From: an uncultured Desulfospira sp.
GTDB lineage: Bacteria > Desulfobacterota > Desulfobacteria > Desulfobacterales > Desulfobacteraceae
NCBI GenBank assembly: GCA_963663165.1
Contig: OY760175.1
Coordinates: 6,624,001-6,688,000, forward strand
Direction of reading: 5' to 3'
Length of the DNA: 64,000 nt
Shown here in pieces: positions 58,869-64,000 of this stretch. The notes below the pieces were generated by a model that was not told the origin of the DNA, did no database searches, and saw only the letters and a program-made list of their open reading frames with translations. Position 1 is the stretch's first letter. Each line of letters opens with the position of its first letter. The position numbers and the translations under genes are program-made.

Positions 58869-59109
58869 ATTCTACTATTGATCAATGTCCGGTTTGCGGA
58901 GGCAAAAAAAAGCATGGGACTACGACGTTTACTGTAGATCTGGAGTCAACCCTGGTCGTTATTAAAAAAGTTCCGGCGACGATTTGTGCCCTGTGTGGTC
59001 ATGAGTGGCTGTCCCCGATGATACGGTTAAGGCCATTGAGCATATTGTCCAAGAAGCAAAAAATGAATATCGGATGGTTGAGGTGAGCCAGTACAGGGAA
59101 ATTGCATAA
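58865..59109 (+). pseudogene. YgiT/MqsA-type zinc-finger antitoxin, frameshifted
   Basis: CPVCGG...VPATICALCGHEWLS, then the natural continuation DDTVKAIEHIVQEAKNEYRMVEVSQYREIA* lies in another frame; the shift is at the CCCC run near 59013. Confidence 0.7.
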
Positions 59110-59179
59110 TTCCCCATGATGCATTCTAACAGTTGGGCGGTCGCCTTGGTCTGGGTTAGGTCATCCTGGCGTTGAAGAT

Positions 59180-59460
59180 TCATGCTAAACCGGACCGTAT
59201 TTCATCTATTGCCTTTGGCAGCGCTTCAACCAGGTACAGGGGCAGGGACAGCAGGGTGTAATTGGCGGTTTCGATGCCAGCTGCCGTGTTGATCTGGTGG
59301 GAAAAATCCTGGAGGCTGTGGGGATTTAAGTCAAATCTGACGGCAAGAGGAATGCCCTTTTGGGTGACAAACTGCTGGAGGGACTTTAAAGCGCCGCTTT
59401 TTCCTGATTTCACCTCTACCGGGATGATCAGCGGACCATGGGAGATAACGTAATCTACCT
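59180..59460 (-). pseudogene. 3' remnant of an AAA_14/DUF4143 ATPase
   Basis: VDYVISHGPLIIPVEVKSGKSGALKSLQQF...LLSLPLYLV is the DUF4143 nuclease-like tail; the ATPase part is missing. Confidence 0.78.
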
Positions 59461-59594
59461 TATTGGTTTTTGAACTCTCTGGGTTCCATAAAAAAGACTT
59501 TATGAAAAAAGGATCGCGAAATCAAGGTGGTAAAAAATTACCTGTCCTAATTTCATCATAAGGGCCTTTGGCAACGGCAGAAATGGCTTAACAG

Positions 59595-59651
59595 TTGAAA
59601 ACACCCCCGTATTTTATGGTGTTAGATATTAAAATACGGGGGTGTTTTCAA
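59595..59651. repeat. Perfect 22-bp inverted repeat
   Basis: TTGAAAACACCCCCGTATTTTA-N13-TAAAATACGGGGGTGTTTTCAA. Confidence 0.85.
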
Positions 59652-59811
59652 GAGTTGATATATCTAATGGCTTTCGGTTACAATCTTTATTTGAAAACAA
59701 AGCGTGAAAAATGGTAAGGATGGAACCTGTTCTTGAAAAGTGATACGTTGCCTTGATTCAAACGGTGGGGCAAAAACAGGTTATAATTTTGTTTTAAAAA
59801 AGGACAAGAAG

Positions 59812-60870
59812 ATGAGTGTTACCCTCAAAACAATAAGAACGGTCTGCCTGGCTTTGGCGGTGATGGTTGCCGCAGGCCTGGTGGCCGCGTCCCAGGGATT
59901 TGCCGGCGATAAGACCTACCATATCCGGTTCAGTACCTGGCATGTGCCCACAGGCGCTGATGTGCAGAAGCTGTGGATTCCCGTACTCGAAGAAATGAAA
60001 AAGAAAAGCAACGGCCGCCTGACCTATACCATGTATGCCGGCGGCGCCTTAGGGAAAGGCCCGGACCATTACGATATTGTTAAAACCGGATTGTCCGACA
60101 TGGGGTACGCCACCTTGAGCTGGACTCCGGGCCGGTTCCCCTTGTCCGATACCCTGTCCGCGCCGGTGACCTGTCCGTCCAAGATCAAGGCATCCATTGC
60201 CGGCAGGGCCATGTATGATAAAATTTTGAGCCCTGAATTTAAGGGGATCCATGTGCTTGAAATCAACAATTGTGTCATGGCCCATTTGTGGACCACCAAA
60301 CCGGTCCGGACCATGGAAGACCTTAAGGGGATGAAGATCAGGAGTCCGGGCGGCCTTCAGACCAAGGCCATTCAGGCCCTGGGCGCTACCCCGGTATTCA
60401 TGCCTTTGGGGGATGTGTACCTGTCCATGGAAACCGGTGTGATTGACGGTGTGGTGACCTGTCCGGCCCTGGTCCGGGCCTTTAAGTTGCATGAGGTTTC
60501 CAAATACTGTGTTCCCACCTCCTTTGGCTGCGTATCAGAAGGGCTGTTCATGAACCAGAAATTTTACGATAAACTGCCCGATGACCTTAAGGCCATTGTG
60601 GATGACGTGGGCGGCAATGCCTATCAGGTTGCCGGGATGTTTGACGAAACCTGGTACAACTTTGTCATGGCCCAGATCAGAAAAACCGTCAAGGTCGACC
60701 CCCTGTCTGCAGACGAACAGGCCCGCTGGGACAATGCCTTTAGGGACATGCTGGTGAACTGGTCCGATGAGCTTGAGAAAAAGGGCCTGCCCGCCCGGAA
60801 GGCCTTGACCATGTTTAAGGAGGAACTGGGTAAGGTAGGGGTGGATTTTAATGCATGTCCGGAGTTTTAA
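59812..60870 (+). CDS. dctP: TRAP transporter substrate-binding protein
   Basis: Signal peptide; GRFPL, DLKGMKIR, LGATPV and ETGVIDG motifs; start moved to ATG 59812. Confidence 0.92.
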   Translation: MSVTLKTIRTVCLALAVMVAAGLVAASQGFAGDKTYHIRFSTWHVPTGADVQKLWIPVLEEMKKKSNGRLTYTMYAGGALGKGPDHYDIVKTGLSDMGYATLSWTPGRFPLSDTLSAPVTCPSKIKASIAGRAMYDKILSPEFKGIHVLEINNCVMAHLWTTKPVRTMEDLKGMKIRSPGGLQTKAIQALGATPVFMPLGDVYLSMETGVIDGVVTCPALVRAFKLHEVSKYCVPTSFGCVSEGLFMNQKFYDKLPDDLKAIVDDVGGNAYQVAGMFDETWYNFVMAQIRKTVKVDPLSADEQARWDNAFRDMLVNWSDELEKKGLPARKALTMFKEELGKVGVDFNACPEF

Positions 60871-60946
60871 AAGGATGAGGGATGAAGGATGAAAGGGGAC
60901 CTCATTCCTTTTAGTCTGACCCCTTAACCCAACAGGGATATTTAAA

Positions 60947-61507
60947 ATGGATCGGATGGCTGGCTTTGTTGCGGCCTTTAAGGTTTTTGTGGAAAAATTG
61001 GCCCGGATGGCCCTTTACCTTGGCATGGGCTGGGTCCTGGTGATGATGCTGGTGACCACGGTGGATGTGGCCGGCCGGTATTTTTTGTCCAAACCCCTGC
61101 CCGGGGCCATTGAACTCGGGCAGATCATGCTGGCGGTGTTCGGCATCCTGGGCATGGCCTATACCCATTTTTCCGGGGCCAATGTCCGGGTGACCATGTT
61201 TACCCGGCTGTTCGGGCCAAGGGTTCAAAGCGCATTGGAGGTCCTGGCCGGTGTCCTTTGCCTTCAGGTCATGCTCATGCTCACCTGGTACGGCGGCGTG
61301 ACCGCCATGGAAGAGCTTGCCGCCGGCACCACCACGGACCAGTTGAAAATACCCATTTATCCCCTGTACTGGCTTTTGAGCGTGGGCGCAGGCCTTTTAA
61401 GCCTTGTGATCCTTTCCCGGATCATGGAAAAGGGGCTTGAAATAGGAGGCCGGAGACCGGAAACGGGAGACCGGAAGAGAAAGACAGGGGGCGATAGACC
61501 GGTTTGA
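60947..61507 (+). CDS. dctQ: TRAP transporter small permease
   Basis: Four TM segments; DVAGRYF..PLPGAIE motif; C-terminal tail encoded by heptamer repeats. Confidence 0.9.
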   Translation: MDRMAGFVAAFKVFVEKLARMALYLGMGWVLVMMLVTTVDVAGRYFLSKPLPGAIELGQIMLAVFGILGMAYTHFSGANVRVTMFTRLFGPRVQSALEVLAGVLCLQVMLMLTWYGGVTAMEELAAGTTTDQLKIPIYPLYWLLSVGAGLLSLVILSRIMEKGLEIGGRRPETGDRKRKTGGDRPV

Positions 61508-61632
61508 ACTTTTTGAGGCGAGAAAAAAGGGAAAAGGGATGGCGGATCAAATGCAGCGGGGAGCTGTTTGCCTTTTTTGTCCCCCCGATTGCTGATTTCC
61601 GGTTTCCGGCCTCCGGTCTCCGGCCTCCGGTC
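61446..61632. repeat. Inverted heptamer arrays (GGAGACC)n ... (GGTCTCC)n
   Basis: GGAGGCCGGAGACCGGAAACGGGAGACCGGAAG at 61446 and TTTCCGGTTTCCGGCCTCCGGTCTCCGGCCTCCGGTC at 61596; a related block lies at 50684-50717. Confidence 0.78.
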
Positions 61633-61643
61633 AGGAATTCTTC

Positions 61644-62945
61644 ATGGCCCCCCAGTTAATCGGCATTATCGGCATTGCAGGGCTTTTTTTGCTGCTGCTC
61701 ATTGGCATGCCCATTGGCTTTTCCCTGGCCTTTGTGGGGTTCTGGGGGATTGGCGCACTCACCGATGTGTCCGTGGCCCTGCCGTGTCTGTTACGTTCCT
61801 TTTACGGGACCTTTACCACCTATTCGTTTACGGTGATTCCGCTGTTTGTCCTCATGGGGGAACTGGCCACGGTATCGGGGTTGAGCCGGGGCATTTACAC
61901 GGTGGCGGACAAATGGTTTGCCCGCCTTCCCGGAGGCCTTGGCATTGCCACCATTGGTGCATGTTCGGGATTTTCCGCCATTTGCGGATCTTCTGTGGCC
62001 ACGGCTGCCACCCTGGGCAAGGTGGCCTTGCCGGAAATGGCCCGGTATCACTATGACACCCGCCTGTCCACGGGGGCTGTGTCTGCCGGCGGAACCCTGG
62101 GATTTCTGATCCCGCCCAGTATCGGGTTTGTGGTTTACGGGATTTTAACGGAACAGTCCATTGGAAAGCTTCTGGTTTCAGGGTTCATCCCCGGGATCAT
62201 CCTTGCCCTGGCCTATGCCGGCATTATTGTGGCCTGGGCCATGATCCATCCCGAGGCCGCGCCCGTGAACACCGAAAAGGTCAGTTTAAAAGAAAAGCTG
62301 GCCTGCCTGAAAACCGTCTGGGAACTGGTGGTGGTGTTTTTGCTGGTCATGGGGGGAATTTATCTGGGATTTTTTACCCCTACCGAGGCCGGGGCCGTGG
62401 GCGCGTTTTTCCTGCTCGCCGTTACCCTGCTGCGCCGCAAGCTTTCACGGCCTGCCATGGTTGAGGCCATGAAGTCCACCACAAAGGTATCGGTCATGAT
62501 TTTCATGATCCTGGCCGGGGCTTACGTGTTTACCTATTTCATGGCCCTGACCATGATTCCTATGAACCTGTCCGTTGCCCTGTCACAACTGGCCATGTCC
62601 CGGTATGTTGTCCTTGCCGTCATTCTTATGGGCTACCTGGTCCTGGGCTGTTTTCTGGATGCCACCTCCATGATGGTGTTGACCCTGCCGGTGATTTTTC
62701 CAACGATTTTAAAACTGGGGTTCAACCCCATTTGGTTCGGGGTGATCTCGGTTCTCATGATGGAGGCAGGGCTCATTACCCCGCCCCTGGGGCTGAATAT
62801 TTTTGTGATTTCCGGCGTGGCCGGTGTGCCCATGGAAACGGTTTTCAGAGGCGCGGTTTATTTTCTCCTGGCCATCTTTGCCGTGGTGGTCCTGGTCACG
62901 ATATTTCCCGGGCTGGTACTTTTTTTGCCCGGTATTATGGGGTAG
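61644..62945 (+). CDS. dctM: TRAP transporter large permease
   Basis: IPLFVLMG, GSSVATAA, GGTLGFLIPPS, FTPTEAG and ITPPLGLN motifs. Confidence 0.94.
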   Translation: MAPQLIGIIGIAGLFLLLLIGMPIGFSLAFVGFWGIGALTDVSVALPCLLRSFYGTFTTYSFTVIPLFVLMGELATVSGLSRGIYTVADKWFARLPGGLGIATIGACSGFSAICGSSVATAATLGKVALPEMARYHYDTRLSTGAVSAGGTLGFLIPPSIGFVVYGILTEQSIGKLLVSGFIPGIILALAYAGIIVAWAMIHPEAAPVNTEKVSLKEKLACLKTVWELVVVFLLVMGGIYLGFFTPTEAGAVGAFFLLAVTLLRRKLSRPAMVEAMKSTTKVSVMIFMILAGAYVFTYFMALTMIPMNLSVALSQLAMSRYVVLAVILMGYLVLGCFLDATSMMVLTLPVIFPTILKLGFNPIWFGVISVLMMEAGLITPPLGLNIFVISGVAGVPMETVFRGAVYFLLAIFAVVVLVTIFPGLVLFLPGIMG

Positions 62946-63049
62946 GGTGAGTGCTTTGCCTGTGCTTTAAAAATAAATTTTGAATTTTTACAAGAAGGTA
63001 TTTATTTACTGTTGCTCATTGGTAAACGCAAATGGTATAATTTTTATTA

Positions 63050-63328
63050 ATGATAAAAAGTTTTAAACACAAAGGGTTAAAGAAATTTTTTACCACCGGC
63101 AGCACCGCCGGGATAAATCCGAACCATGCGCCAAAGATAGAGGTGCAATTGCAGGCATTGCACACGGCAATTGGTATTGATGATATGGATATCCCGGGTT
63201 GGCGCCTGCATCCCCTAAAGGGGGAGCTTGAGGGGCAATGGGCGATAGAGGTCAGTGGCAATTGGCGGATTGTTTTTGAGTTTGAAGATGGTCACGCAAA
63301 TGTCGTTGACTACAGGGATTACCATTAA
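63050..63328 (+). CDS. higB: HigB-type RelE/ParE toxin (plasmid maintenance killer family)
   Basis: MIKSFKHKGLKKFF, PGWRLHPLKG, VSGNWRI and DYH C-terminus. Confidence 0.92.
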   Translation: MIKSFKHKGLKKFFTTGSTAGINPNHAPKIEVQLQALHTAIGIDDMDIPGWRLHPLKGELEGQWAIEVSGNWRIVFEFEDGHANVVDYRDYH

Positions 63329-63342
63329 AAAAAGGGAACCAT

Positions 63343-63651
63343 ATGGAGATAGAACAATTCAAACCTATCCATCCGGGAGAGTTTATAAAGAGGGTTTATA
63401 TGGAACCTTTTAAAATCGGCTCTAATGAATTAAGCCGGAGATTAAAGGTCAGCTCCGGGGCTGTCAGCCGTTTGCTGAACGCTAAAATGGATATTTCTCC
63501 GGCCATGGCATTAAAACTTTCCCAGGTGCTGGGCAGGTCGCCGGAAAGCTGGCTGCTCATGCAGGGAAATTACAATTTATGGAAGGAACGGCAGCAATTG
63601 GATTTGACCTTATATGAACCAATTGATTTTGCCCAATTGCAAGCCGGTTAA
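63343..63651 (+). CDS. higA: HigA antitoxin (XRE HTH)
   Basis: PIHPGEFI, ISPAMALKL..LGRSPESWL.MQ..Y.LW. Confidence 0.92.
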   Translation: MEIEQFKPIHPGEFIKRVYMEPFKIGSNELSRRLKVSSGAVSRLLNAKMDISPAMALKLSQVLGRSPESWLLMQGNYNLWKERQQLDLTLYEPIDFAQLQAG

Positions 63652-64000
63652 CCATTGTGCCAATGCCACGGGCGGCAGATTTTCTCCAACAGATTACTGC
63701 CCTCGTTGAGGATTAGCCCCAAAAGGCTCATGCCGAAGATGCCCACAAACATCAGTCTCCGGTCTCTTTTCTTCCGGTCTATCGTTTTCTTACATTGTCT
63801 AATTTACAAACGGTATCCCAAAACTATGCCGGTTATAAATGCGGTTCCCCTGGTGTTTGTGCAAAACCCTGTTGAAAAATGTGTGGATAAAGATTATTTT
63901 TGAATGAGCCCCTGACAGGGGCCCGTCGTTTGAGCATGGGAACCGCCGGGAATCAAGGACAATGAACACCTGAATTCCGGCTGGCTGTTAAGCCTGCTTG

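Noticed and set aside
58995..59030. Programmed frameshift in the YgiT-type gene
   Set aside because: No slippery heptamer or stimulatory structure is evident, and the surrounding genes are decayed; mutation or a sequencing error in the C run is more likely.
63882..63890. oriC (DnaA box TGTGGATAA)
   Set aside because: A single perfect box with no cluster, no dnaA/dnaN and no clear unwinding element within the window.

Overview
A 64-kb chromosomal segment of a sulfate-reducing deltaproteobacterium, probably Desulfobacteraceae-like. This is inferred from the dissimilatory-type sat and the gene order, not from a database search. The backbone is housekeeping: gatB, queA-tgt, hypAB, gltX, rpmF-acpP-rpiB-glyA-nrdR-ribD/E/BA/H-nusB, a pabB-pabC fusion, sat, the ffh-rpsP-khpA-rimM-trmD-rplS-rnhB-yraN-rsmI operon, rlmN, nth, a ModE/FmdE/MoeA/MobB molybdenum locus, mrcB, slyD and a TRAP transporter. 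Accessory content comprises toxin-antitoxin pairs, two AAA_14-type ATPases, a sulfotransferase, an AraC/methyltransferase/ABC/TonB-receptor/ZinT uptake cluster and a large secreted beta-helix protein. Two signals stand out. (1) The ORF caller split a secreted DUF1573-like gene (20188-20895) at an in-frame TGA that sits where the first Cys of the family's C-G-C motif lies, so it is a probable exported selenoprotein (U-G-C). (2) At least three families of structured palindromic repeats, two of them showing covariation, plus heptamer microsatellites repeatedly bracket single accessory genes. They form a five-unit tandem array at 57901-58428 next to a patchwork of gene remnants. No rRNA, tRNA, CRISPR array or transposase/integrase gene was recognised.
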